From Nemertoderma westbladi (lineage: Eukaryota > Animalia > Xenacoelomorpha), in assembly GCA_032718475.1 (NCBI GenBank), contig JAUCBJ010001784.1:1-64000 (forward strand): a stretch of DNA of 64,000 bases, read 5' to 3'. Within the stretch, counting starts at the first letter, position 1; every line of letters begins with the position of its first letter. The translations under genes and the position numbers were made by a program. Shown in pieces: positions 1 to 11,245 of this stretch. The notes under the pieces are model-generated. The model saw only the letters and a program-made list of their open reading frames with translations, searched no databases and was not told where the DNA came from.

Positions 1-127
1 CACCAAACGTAGGCTACACGGTAGCTACACGGTAGGCCTACTGTATCAATATAATAGGCCTAATACACTATCGAGTACCAGTACCATTAATGTTTTGTTG
101 CAGACAGTTTTGATTCCGGATACTTCA
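1..127 (-). repeat. 3' LTR of the Gypsy element (partial)
   Basis: Identical to 4823-4949 and ends in the same GGATACTTCA. Confidence 0.9.
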
Positions 128-292
128 CTCAATTCTCAGCTATAAAATAGAAACATGAACCCCAAAATGAGTATTCTTTTTTTTTTTTTACAGAGTTGAA
201 GGTAAAACTTGATAAATGATTCAGGTTTTCGTACTGTAGTAGAAATGTTTCTTTAGCCCTAGGGTATAAAGTTTGACAAATTAGTTTCAGTT

Positions 293-3200
293 TCAAACAA
301 CATAGTCACTCAGGTGCTGTGGTGGTTGCCGTTTACGTCTTGGCCGCTCAGAAACGTTAGGAGGGTCATAATTGAGCCCAGGTTCCTGGTGTTCAAATGT
401 GTGTTGGTTGGTATCCGGTGACCGTCTGGTGTGGTTTGGATCTCCTGGGATAGTCTCGTCAGTTGATGAACAGCACACCTGTGTGGGATTGTGGGGCTCG
501 TTCAGAACAGATGGCCTGGTTGTCGGTGGGTGAGGAGGGCAGGCCGGCCGGAAATGTTTGAGGTCATTGAAGTGGCGGCGTCTAGTGACACCATCGTCCC
601 TCTGAAGAATGGCACCATGAGTATCCGTATCAACCACAGTGTATGGTATTTCCTCATAAAAAGGCTCGAATTTACGGCTCCTGCCACGATTGTATGTGAG
701 CACGCGATCTCCTGGACATATTTCTGGATGCTTGGATGCTCGAGATTTATTGGTTTTCTCTTCCCTCTTTCGTTTCTGTAGGACATCGCGGTCCCTTGCA
801 GAAGATATTGCCTTGTCTTCAAGTGGTTTGCTGGGAAATTCAGTCTTATAACCACCACGCAGCAGAAAGTCCCCTGGTGGGACACCAGTGCTTGGGTGTG
901 GTGTAGCTCTGTATCCTGACACCAATTCATCTATGGCTGTTTGGTAATCTTGGTTGCCATGGTGCGCTATTTTGAGGGCTTTTCCCAGTGGCTTCATGAA
1001 GGTCTCAGCTGGGTTAGCCTGAGGGTGATACTCATAAACTTTATGATGTTTTATGCTCCGATCAGAGGAAAATTTAGTAAACTCAGCTGAATTAAATGGA
1101 GGCCCATTGTCTGTGCGGTGGGCTTCTGGGTTCCCATACGAATGGTAGATATTGGCAAGGGCTGATAGGACTGGCGCTGCACTTGTAGAATTGACCACTT
1201 TGGCTGCTGGGAAGCGTGAAAGGCCATCTTGTACAACCAACACATGTTGATTATTTGGGAGGGGCCCGAATAGGTCGATATTGACCTCTTCCCATGCCCG
1301 TTGTGGGGTCTGGAGTGATGATATATGGTCTTTTGTTGTTTTCTTTGTAAAGAGTTGGCATTCGGGGCAAGAGCTTATCATTTTAGAAACAAGTTGATTT
1401 AGGTTTGGTATCCAAAAGTGACTTCGTACTCTGCGCTTTAGGTTGCTCTCACCTGGATGACCACCTTGGTGTGCCTTTTGGATAGCTTGAGACCAGAGTG
1501 ATTGTGGCAATATGATCTGTTCACCCTTTAGAAGAAGGCCAGCATCTGAGAGAGCAATTTGCTGAAAGACACCACGAAATGGCCTGAGTGAGTCATCTTT
1601 GTTGTCTAGAAATCCTTTCTGAAGGCATTTGATCAGACGGCTGAGTAGGGGATCCTGTTTAGTTTCCTCAATGATATGGTCCATGGCTATTGACTCTGTG
1701 TAAGGGCTAAATTGAAGGAACCAGATGGTCTGTTCTAGGGACTGTGTTTCAGACTGCCACTCAGCTGGTAGTTGATGAAATGGAAGGGCATGCCTGGACA
1801 AATAATCAGCCGGGTTGGTCTTGCCTTGATGATGACGAACATGATAATGGAGATCTTGATGTCTGAGCTTGATGCGGTCACACCTAACAGAACCATTTCT
1901 CTTGCTGCCAAATATGGCTACCAACGGTTTATGGTCAGTGAAAATTATAACCTGAGGCCCCCCGGCAATGTAGTGGCGGAATCTTCTCAAGGCAAAGTCT
2001 ATAGCTAATGCTTCGAGATCCAATTGAGGGTATCGACGTTCTGTTGATGTTGTGGCTCTGCTGGCACAAGCTACCGCATGGACTTGAGTCTCACTTTGTC
2101 CTTGGCATAATATGGCTGAAAGACCAGAGCTGTGGGCGTCAACATATATATAAGTTGGAAGATTTGAATCATAGTAATGAAGAAGTATGTCTTCTCTGAA
2201 TAGGTCCTTTAATGACAGAAACTCACGTTCACAATCTGCTGTCCAGCGGAAATGACAGTGTTTTTGAGTAAGTTGGCGTAGATGGGTTGTGTGTTCAGCA
2301 AGGTGTGGCAGAAATTCCGAATTGGATTGTATCATGCAGATAAAAGACATAACATCCTCCTTGGAGTGAGGGCGTGGGGCTTCCTGTAGGGCCTTGACCT
2401 TGGCAGGGTCAGGGCGTAGACCCTTATCAGAAAGAATTAGTCCCCAGAATGGAATTTCATGAAGCCGAAAATGACACTTACTGGAATTAAGTGTTAGGCC
2501 ACAATGTTGGATCTGCTCTAACACTTGATGGAGTGCGATATCATGTTCCTCAAAGGAAGGGGCCGCAATGATCAGGTCATCATGAATAATATGTACTGAG
2601 GGGATATGGGCAAAAAGAGGTCGCAGAGCATTATTCAATTCACCCGAAGCTGGTTTTGCACCCATAGTGAGCCGGGTGTATCGAAAAAGTCGTTCACCAT
2701 CAGTAAAGACTGTCAGGTAACGAGATTCTGGTTTGAGTTCCAGCTGATGGAAGGATGACCGGAAATCAAGCTTGGAGAAAACCTGGGATCCAGAAAGCTG
2801 AACCTTGATATCTTCAGGCCTTGGAATAGGTAAATGAGTGTCACGAATGGCCTTGTTCACATTTCGAAGATCAACAGTAATTCGGATCCCACCATTGTCT
2901 TTTGGTGCAAGGACAAGATTTGATATCCAAGGTGCAGGTCCAGTATGTGGTTCAATAATTCCTTCTTCTTCCATGGCCTTCAAGGCTTGATGAAGGCGCC
3001 CTTGAAGATGAAATGGTACGGGACGTGCTGGTTCCGCGACTGGTTGAACTGATGGGTCTACATGAAGTTCAACTTGGTGGTTCTGTAGCTTACCAGTCCC
3101 ATGAAATACTTTAGGGTAATAGGTGGTGAGTCGTTCGAGTAATTCATCTTTCTGGCCTTTATCAGTGGCTAGGTCACATCGATTGACATCAGCTTCCATA

Positions 3201-4648
3201 TTTACATGACGTTTACAGAATGTGATTATTCCAAGAGCTTCAGAAGCTGGTCCACTAAGGAGTGTTTCCACATTGCGGTCTACAATATAGATCCTGATGT
3301 TAGCAATTGTGTTTTGGAATCTGATGGCCCCAGTATAGTACCCTATACAGGGAACCGGTTTGGAACCATATGGTTTAATCCGCATTTTTGTGCTTAGCAA
3401 TGGAAGTTTGAGTTTATCAGCCAGAGCTCGAGACATTACACTTATGTCAGCACCAGTGTCAGCAAAGGCAGTGACAATAGCCTCCTTTACAATGATTGGG
3501 ACTTGGTACCGGGAGGTGGTTGATTTTAACTTCCGATCTTTGTAGTGCTGGGGCTGTGCGCGGCGAACATGTTGGATATAACGGCATGATGCCCCCCGGC
3601 GAGGCTGCTTTGTCACAGTTTCCGAGGGTGGGGGTTGCTCATCTGAAGAGGATGATGACTCCTGGGTGAATTCAGGAGTATGATCCTCATATACATAGCG
3701 TTCGGATTCACTATTGGATGAGTCATCCCGGAGGACCCGCCTGGCATAATCACTGCGACCTGATCGCCTGGGCCTATATGCATTGCATGCTGGGGTGCCT
3801 TTCATATGTCCTCGTAGCCCACATTCGTAACAAGTTCTGTTATAAGCAAAACAATTCTTTTTGCCTGGGCATGATTTTGAGTAACATGTCTGGCAATTCA
3901 TACCATTTCTATTAGAGGATCGCTGGTCCACCCGGCCTTCAGCCTGGCCAGTGGGTCGATCCATATGCTTCTTCAGCTGGGTTTTACGTGAGTAACGACC
4001 CGGTTTGCTAACCCGATGGACATCAGAAATGGGTGCTGATGGCCCAGCCAATTTCAGTGCACCAATAGATGCGGCCTCCAGCCGCCTGCCATTGGTTATA
4101 AGATCATTCAGATTCCATTGCTCTTTTAGAGCAGTTTTTCGTATTTCTAGATTACGAGTGCCAACAATAACTTGGTCACGTATAAGTCGTTCACGAACTG
4201 TACATGTAGGCCCACATGAGAATTCACAGTGGTGAGATTCTTGCTTGATGCGGTTTATAAAGCAGTCAAACGTTTCATTCTCCTGTTGGATGAGGTTATG
4301 AAATTCATAGTGGGAGAGTGTTACATTTTTAGTTGGCTTGTACCGATCTTTAAGGAGTCTGACCATATCTGTAAATGGAATCGCATCACGTTCTGCTTCC
4401 AGAACAGTCTCCTCGAAGTCTCGTTGCAGGTTACGACTTGCAAATCGTCCCAGGAACTGTCGCCGTTTGTTTGTATTGTGCCAAGCCGCGGTATCGGCTG
4501 TACCTTCGGGTGGGTCGCGTGTGATGGAGAAGTATTCATACTCGAATGCGGAGACAAACTCACAGAATGCTGTGTATGTATCAGAGGGATGATCAGCTGG
4601 ATCGAACTTGGAAATACCTGGTATTCTGGACATCGCCATTGACAGCAC
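293..4648 (-). CDS. Gypsy Gag-Pol polyprotein (zinc knuckle, protease, RT, RNase H, integrase)
   Basis: CYECGLRGHMKGTPAC knuckle; ADTGA protease; RT motifs FSKLDFRSSFHQL and IIHDDLII; RNase H YVDAH...TDHKPL; integrase HQGGH..CPEC, IDLFGP, TDNGPPFNS, NPAET. Domain order PR-RT-RH-IN is Gypsy-type. Confidence 0.95.
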   Translation of the reverse strand: MLSMAMSRIPGISKFDPADHPSDTYTAFCEFVSAFEYEYFSITRDPPEGTADTAAWHNTNKRRQFLGRFASRNLQRDFEETVLEAERDAIPFTDMVRLLKDRYKPTKNVTLSHYEFHNLIQQENETFDCFINRIKQESHHCEFSCGPTCTVRERLIRDQVIVGTRNLEIRKTALKEQWNLNDLITNGRRLEAASIGALKLAGPSAPISDVHRVSKPGRYSRKTQLKKHMDRPTGQAEGRVDQRSSNRNGMNCQTCYSKSCPGKKNCFAYNRTCYECGLRGHMKGTPACNAYRPRRSGRSDYARRVLRDDSSNSESERYVYEDHTPEFTQESSSSSDEQPPPSETVTKQPRRGASCRYIQHVRRAQPQHYKDRKLKSTTSRYQVPIIVKEAIVTAFADTGADISVMSRALADKLKLPLLSTKMRIKPYGSKPVPCIGYYTGAIRFQNTIANIRIYIVDRNVETLLSGPASEALGIITFCKRHVNMEADVNRCDLATDKGQKDELLERLTTYYPKVFHGTGKLQNHQVELHVDPSVQPVAEPARPVPFHLQGRLHQALKAMEEEGIIEPHTGPAPWISNLVLAPKDNGGIRITVDLRNVNKAIRDTHLPIPRPEDIKVQLSGSQVFSKLDFRSSFHQLELKPESRYLTVFTDGERLFRYTRLTMGAKPASGELNNALRPLFAHIPSVHIIHDDLIIAAPSFEEHDIALHQVLEQIQHCGLTLNSSKCHFRLHEIPFWGLILSDKGLRPDPAKVKALQEAPRPHSKEDVMSFICMIQSNSEFLPHLAEHTTHLRQLTQKHCHFRWTADCEREFLSLKDLFREDILLHYYDSNLPTYIYVDAHSSGLSAILCQGQSETQVHAVACASRATTSTERRYPQLDLEALAIDFALRRFRHYIAGGPQVIIFTDHKPLVAIFGSKRNGSVRCDRIKLRHQDLHYHVRHHQGKTNPADYLSRHALPFHQLPAEWQSETQSLEQTIWFLQFSPYTESIAMDHIIEETKQDPLLSRLIKCLQKGFLDNKDDSLRPFRGVFQQIALSDAGLLLKGEQIILPQSLWSQAIQKAHQGGHPGESNLKRRVRSHFWIPNLNQLVSKMISSCPECQLFTKKTTKDHISSLQTPQRAWEEVNIDLFGPLPNNQHVLVVQDGLSRFPAAKVVNSTSAAPVLSALANIYHSYGNPEAHRTDNGPPFNSAEFTKFSSDRSIKHHKVYEYHPQANPAETFMKPLGKALKIAHHGNQDYQTAIDELVSGYRATPHPSTGVPPGDFLLRGGYKTEFPSKPLEDKAISSARDRDVLQKRKREEKTNKSRASKHPEICPGDRVLTYNRGRSRKFEPFYEEIPYTVVDTDTHGAILQRDDGVTRRRHFNDLKHFRPACPPHPPTTRPSVLNEPHNPTQVCCSSTDETIPGDPNHTRRSPDTNQHTFEHQEPGLNYDPPNVSERPRRKRQPPQHLSDYVV

Positions 4649-4705
4649 AGAATTGAACAGAAACAGGAAGAGTTATAAAATTAATGTATATCGGTAATCC
4701 GTATA

Positions 4706-4718
4706 ATCCTCGTCGCCA
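4706..4718 (-). other. Primer binding site, likely tRNA-Ser(GCU)
   Basis: Minus strand reads TGGCGACGAGGAT one base inside the LTR, complementary to the ...AUCCUCGUCGCCA 3' end recalled for metazoan tRNA-Ser(GCU). Confidence 0.75.
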
Positions 4719-4719
4719 G

Positions 4720-4949
4720 TGAAATATCCCGTTCCGCGATAAAGAAACTGTTACACTGCAGCTATAATATATTATAATACCACAGTTTAGGTTTACCAGT
4801 TTATGGGTTTATATAAACGACTCACCAAACGTAGGCTACACGGTAGCTACACGGTAGGCCTACTGTATCAATATAATAGGCCTAATACACTATCGAGTAC
4901 CAGTACCATTAATGTTTTGTTGCAGACAGTTTTGATTCCGGATACTTCA
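4720..4949 (-). repeat. 5' LTR of the Gypsy element (230 bp)
   Basis: Begins TGAAATATCC and ends GGATACTTCA (TG..CA, imperfect terminal inverted repeat). Its right part matches 1-127. Confidence 0.9.
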
Positions 4950-5919
4950 CATACCAGTAATTATTTATTTTATAGGCCTAACACAGTTACCCTACCGCTG
5001 TACCGTGTTTTTATTTTTGTATTTATTGGTATTTTTTTAAAGCTACTTTTAGCCTTCCATTTCATTGCTGCATTGGCGCCAGCGCGCCATTCAATTTTAA
5101 TTTTACAGTTTTGTTACAATTTTGGTGCAAATAATATTGTCTGTCGTAAAGTGACCCTTGCAGCCTTGTGAAAACGAGGTCTGGAAGTTAGACCATCTAA
5201 AGGCTATGCCTCCATTTCATTCTTATATTGCACATTTTCTACCTGTTTTTTATGTAATGTTTCTGTTTTATCGATGTTTATCTTGTTTTATTTTTGTCCG
5301 CCTTGTTTTATTGTATAAAATTATACTGATATACTTCTTTACTTCTGTACTTCGAGCTAATTTTACTCTACATAGGCGTATGTGATAATTTTTAAACTAC
5401 CGGTAAGTGAGACTGTAAGTGTAAATATTTTATTGCAACTGATATATTTTAAACTGAAAAGTTAATTTTATTTCAATTTTATTGTATGTATACACGTGAT
5501 TTATTATAAACTACCGGTACCTGTACTGTACCGGTACATAGGTACACTTTATTTTATCCAAGAAAGTCAAATTTATAATAATTTATTATGTAATTATATA
5601 CATATTATCCTGCCGTCCATTAATTTACAGTAATTGGACATACTGACATAACCAGATTTACTTAAAACAATGCAAAATTAATTGTAATTACCGGTAAATT
5701 AGGATCTATGTATTTATTCAGTACCCTATTGCGCAATATGTATATATATATGGAAAAAAAATCAATCAATCAATCTTACCAGTATTGCAGTGCTGCAGTG
5801 CAGAGTAGCCTACTGTTTCAGTTATATCCTGTGCCTGTCTGCCTGTCACTCTGTCAGCCCGTATCCCGTGCTTAACAGTATTAGTACCGATACCGATAAA
5901 TGTTAGCTTGAAGGAAGTA

Positions 5920-8772
5920 ATGGCGAGTAAATCAAAAAAGAAGCAAAAACCCAACGCCTTTTTCTTCTTCATGCAGGACATTGGGGAACAGATGCGACAA
6001 CAGGATGGTCGCGTGGTCGGGAATAGAGAGTTGGCAGATATTTGCGGGCCAATGTGGGTACACGTAGCTGATGCGGATAGACGAGTATACGAAGAGCAAG
6101 TTCAAAACTGGAGAGTAACCGGCAAGTTCGTTTCCAAACTGGACTTTACTTAACAGTTAACTGTTAGCCTATATCCCATAGGCCTACATCTGTACACTTT
6201 ACCTAACCTCTAACCATAAAGTCCGTGCGTACACCGATACCACTTCGCACATAGGCTTCCCGGTACCTGCGTATCATTAGTTCATTTTACCGAAAATAAT
6301 TATCTTGATGATTCTTAATAATTCTTCAATTGTTGCGTTTTCGCTGTAATATACCCCAAAATCGGGAGAAAATGTAGTACCTTTTTCCGAAAAAATTACC
6401 TTAGATTGCATTGATCCCGGCGAAAAAAGTAAAATATAATATTTTTGGTGGAATTGCTTAAATTTTATACATGTGTTGAAAGACCATCGAAGTTGAAAAG
6501 GTTTGCACGTAATTTAAGCAAAATCCATGAACACACACGACTGCACGATAGTTATTTTAAGTGTCTGCAAGGCGAAACCCAGAACGGAATATCAATATCC
6601 AATATTGGTATATATAACGGTTAAACTATAACGCATTAAGCGGCTCTCTAGTTACGTAAAGCAATATATATATATAGTAAAATACTACAGTTTAATTTAT
6701 TTTGTAACACTTTCGTTTTATCTTTTATTATAGAATTAAGCAACAACAAGTACCAATTTAAGAATAAAATTACTTATTACATGGGGAAAAAAAGTAGATT
6801 TGTCTCCATATTATCTCGACCCTTTATTAACCTTGCTAAAGCTCAGTAAATAAAATGCCTCGAGAATAGTAAAAAAAATTTCCCATGTAATAAATAATTA
6901 TTATTGGCGCAATTCACATTTATTTTATTAATCCCATCAGGATCAGATAGATACCAGCTGTTTAATTTTGTAGTGTACACATTGTTGTATACACGTACCG
7001 GCATTTTCTGTAATATGTAGTTGTCTAATGTCGGATTAATTATTAGCTCTAGATCAGTAGAAGTCAACTATCGGTAACAGTTCCTGTAAACTAACAATGC
7101 CTTGGAAACCCGCTTTGCCTTCACATTTAGTTATCATAATTAATTGGCTTGAATGTAATCCAAACATTCAATTTATTAATAATTTTGTTTCAGAATAGAA
7201 AAGCCGCGGACGGGAAAGGCTGGTTACGACCGAATGGATTGTACACGGCAGTACATGAGCGAAAGGGTAGACCCACAGGCAGAGGAGATGGCTAGACTGG
7301 CGGAACAGAGGCAGCTGACAGCCGCCACCTGGGGCTGCGGCATTGAGGGTATCTTAGACAAACAGTTCAACTTTATATCAATTAAATCTCTGTGCGACAA
7401 GATGCCTGACCACATTCCCGATAAGTATTTGCCGGTAGAGATCGGGATTACTAAATGGAGTATCCGAAAAGGCATCATGGATTCCTTCCATACGTTTATT
7501 AAACCTAAGCCGATCCCTATGGGATACCGCAGCACCTGTCAGGAGTTCAGTAAGGCCACCCATATGATACCGTCGGAGGGACATGAGAGCGTGGAGCACG
7601 TCAACTTCACGGCCTCGTACATGCGTGATCTAGTGATCCGGATCAGGGACTTCCTGCGGCCGGAAACAACTCGGCCCAACGATAACTCCAAACCGGATCC
7701 GGCCTTCTGTGTCGTCAACGACTACGAACTTGTGCTCTGGAGTCTCAAGTTCTTCTGCGATAACGCGCAAGTCAGCAATAAATTCGAGTTGTTCGAGACG
7801 GAGGCCTTGGTCACTGACCTCCTTAAACACATGGACGTCCCGGGGGACCGGGCCTGTCTGCGTGTCGGCGTGTTCAACCAGGCCGAGTTCGACTACGATC
7901 CCGGTCTGCGGTGTTCGTGGCACTCGAAAGCTCACGGCGAGCCGGAACCCACCGATATCGGCGCGTCGCACTGCGCTCTCGGTTGCGTCAAACGAATCTG
8001 TTTCATCGTCTTCGCGCACATGCGGGAGGCCTTCCCGGAGGAGATGGAGGATAATGTGCCGCGGATTGTGCGCGGCCTTCATGTGCCGCAGACGCCGGAC
8101 GACGACGTGACCGCCACCGTTATGATACCGGAGAGCGGGTGCGACGGGTTCGTTTACGACCCAACTCTGTCGGCGAAGAATCCCCCAAAAGCGTGGCGTT
8201 ACCAAGGGGACGACCCCGTGGTCACCGGGTTCGCCGCTCTCCAGGTGCAGCAGTCGTCGCCCTCTAGCTTGGCCCCTCGGGAATCCATTATGGCGCCGGT
8301 TTTCGGATCGGCGCCGTTGCGTTCCGTTCGCTCGGACGCGCGTACCGTGGGGGCGGCGGCGGCGGTTCCCGACCTGCGGGGGGACGAGGACTTCCCGGCG
8401 CTAGGGGGCGCCCCCCAGCCGAGGGGGGAGGTGCGACGCTACGCCCAGGGGCCCACGGCGCCCCCCGCCCGGGCGGTGCCGCTGCCCACCAGCTGGTTGG
8501 AGTCACAGCACCCGGGCGCCACGGCCCTGGGACGCGGGGCGCCCCCCGGGCTCGGACGCTCCCATATGATGGCGGACGCGACTCCGCTAGGACTCGGTAG
8601 GGGCGGCGGCCGCTACTCGCCGTCCTCGTTCTCCTCCACTACGACCTCCCCGCTCGGTATCGGTCGCGGGGTCCTCGACGACAGACACCTGTCTGGCTCC
8701 GAGGTCAGCTCATATGTCAGCAGTGCCCCCGCGCGCCGCTGGGGTGGTCTCGGCCGCGGTGGCAATATGTGA
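5920..8772 (+). CDS. mael: Maelstrom (piRNA pathway; HMG box + MAEL domain); exon 1 ~5920-6121/6125, exon 2 ~7194/7199-8772
   Basis: Exon 1 PNAFFFFM...ICGPMW...RRVYEE is an HMG box. Exon 2 has YLPVEIGITKWSIRKGIMDSFHTFIKP..IPMGYRSTCQ...THMIP and DYDPGLRCSWH...HCALGCVKR, matching the MAEL domain with its E-C-H-C residues. Acceptor tttgtttcag at 7193; AATAAA at 8806-8811. The exact donor is uncertain. Confidence 0.92.
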
Positions 8773-9099
8773 CGTCACAGGGAACTAGCAGTGTGACGTT
8801 CGTCTAATAAATGTGAAACCAAAACTTGTGAACTAGGTGCAATTTATTATTTAGGAGAAACCAAAGGATTGATGAACTTATTATTGCTGAATGTTGATCA
8901 CTGGGACAGCATCAAGAAACAATGCGGATATTACCAGATCTGATACGATTGGTTTTGGTTGAAATGAATACATACGAACATCAGTCGTATAAACATTGTG
9001 CCTTTATTATAAACTATAATACAACTGTTTATGATATTTTAATTTTGTCTTAAAACTCAATTTTATCTAATACTGCCATGCACTATTTAGTGGTTGTGT

Positions 9100-9510
9100 A
9101 GTGTCTTGTCTGTAATACAGACGTTATTGTTTGTAATACAGACGTTATTATCTGTAATACAGACGTTATTGTATGTAATACAGGCGTTATTGTCTGTCAA
9201 ACAGACGTTATTGTCTGTCATACTGACGTTATTGTCTGTAATACAGACGTTATTGTCCGTAATACATATGTTATTGTCTGTCATAAAGACGTTATTATCT
9301 GCAATTCAGATCTTATTGCTTGTAATACAGACATTATTGTCTGTAATACATTATTGTCTGTCATACAGACGTTATTGTCTGTCATACAGACGTTATTGTC
9401 TGTCATACAGACGTTATTGTCTGTCATACAGACGTTATTGTCAGTAATACAGACGTTATTGTCCGTAATACAGACGTTGTTGTCCATAATACATGTTATT
9501 GTCTGTAATA
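9100..9510. repeat. 21-bp minisatellite (GTAATACAGACGTTATTGTCT)n
   Basis: Roughly 19 degenerate tandem units are visible; they explain the repetitive TDNNVCI / VIQTLLS ORFs. Confidence 0.93.
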
Positions 9511-10019
9511 CGGGCGTGATTGTATGTCTACTTTCCTTTTATTATAATTAAGTGGTTCTGTATTATTTACTAGAACAATGTATCTTTTTATAATTATTAA
9601 ACAGTATGCTATATAATTCATTATTTTGTGGTTGTTATGAGTTCCATCATTTGGGAATCCTTACTAAGCAAGCTAAAAAATATGAGTATAATCTATTTCT
9701 TACGATTTACATAAAGTACACCGTCATTTCTTTCTGATTTATGGTGCATATATACTGCATTACTTAAATTAACGATTTATTTCTGTGGTGCATTATGCAT
9801 TGGAAAATAATGAACGTTCGCTGTGATGGCGTAGTATATAGTCAGTCATTATTTTAATAGTAGGCCTACTCTACATGCGGTGTCCTGCAATTGAGGGCGG
9901 TAATCCCATCCATATATATCTATAATCGGCCTGCTGCATTGAAACTGCACATTGATATGCTATTCTGGCTTTAAAATATTTTGTCACCACCATGCAATCC
10001 ACATATGACAAGCCCAATG

Positions 10020-11245
10020 CAGCGTGCATTAAGAATGCTATGCCGGCTTATTAAGAAAGTTACACCGCCATAGCTCCCAGCGTGCATTAAGAATGATATG
10101 CCGGCTTATTAACAAAGTTACACCGCCACAACTCCATATTCCCATGATCATTGCGAGACTATTCGCATCTTCAAGGCCAGTGTCCTGTAGGAGGCGTCTA
10201 AAGAAGGTCATGGGCTGTCCACCATGCTTATTTTCTCCAGGAGGCTGCCAAAGCACAAGATTATGCACTGGCTGGTCCTCACAGCGAGAGCAATGTCCTG
10301 CAAAGCGGAGGCGACTTTGTTCTAGTGTCCAGCTTGTGGAACCAATGAAACACCTCCAATGTTATGTAGTGTCTGGTTGGAGATGTGTGCATTGTACTTG
10401 ACACAATGAACCCGGCGTAGCATTCTTGTGAATGTGCCATCCAGAGATTTGGTATCCTCGGCAGTTAGAGCCCAGCATGGACTCCCATAGAGGAGTACTG
10501 GAACTACTGCTGCTCTAAATAATCGGGCCTTAAGTTTCCGATTAATTCTCGGTGACTTCCAAATCCTGGAAAGCCTATTCAAGGCTGCCCATGCCTATCC
10601 CGTACGTATTCGAAAGTCCTCACCGGACTTCCGGATCCATGATCCCAGGTACCAGAAGTCGTCCACATGCTCAAGGATACCGTTATCCTTTGAGCTTATG
10701 CTCATCAGTTCAGAGACTTGCTGAGAACTTTCAAAGTTAACTGTCAGAATTTTGGTCTTTTTGGAGTTAAAAAAAGACCAACACTAGAAGCAGCCTGTTC
10801 TAATGAGCTGATGAGCCGTTGGGCTCCCTCTAGTGATTCTTAGAGTACTCCTAAGTCATCAGCAAAGTCTAGATCAGTTAGGTACTTGGCAGGATTTCCT
10901 CGACTTCTGGAGCCAGTAGGAGGAGTTACCATCACCCCATCATCATTATGATGATCTAAGGCCATGCGTAGAACATAGTCAACCACAATAATGAACAAGA
11001 ATGGTGCAAGTGTGTCTCCTTGGAGGACTCCGCATAATACTTCAAATGGTTCTGTGTCACCGTCAGCAGTAGACACACATGTTGTCGAACCATCGCATAC
11101 TGATCGAATTGCTGCAATAATTTCATCAGGAATCCCATATAATGAAAGTATGCTGAACATACGTGAGCGAGAGACTGAATCAAAGGCCTTGAAGAAGTCA
11201 ACAAAGATAACAGCCAGATGCCTGCCTTTCTTTTTTGATAACTCG
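10020..11245 (-). mobile_element. 5'-truncated, degenerate RTE-like LINE (RT C-terminal part)
   Basis: GVLQGDTLAPFLF, YLTDLDFADD and VPVLLYGSPCW across broken frames. Same family as 44273-45274 and 56235-59540. A ~59-bp tandem duplication lies near the 3' end. Confidence 0.88.

Larger units (their letters stand above)
1..4949 (-). mobile_element. Ty3/Gypsy LTR retrotransposon (Mag-like), apparently intact; 3' LTR cut by the window edge
   Basis: Single gag-pol ORF at 293-4648. Bases 1-127 are identical to 4823-4949. A PBS lies next to the 5' LTR. Confidence 0.95.

Noticed and set aside
491-4642. Short ORFs overlapping the Gypsy polyprotein
   Set aside because: Antisense or alternate-frame shadows with no recognisable motifs.
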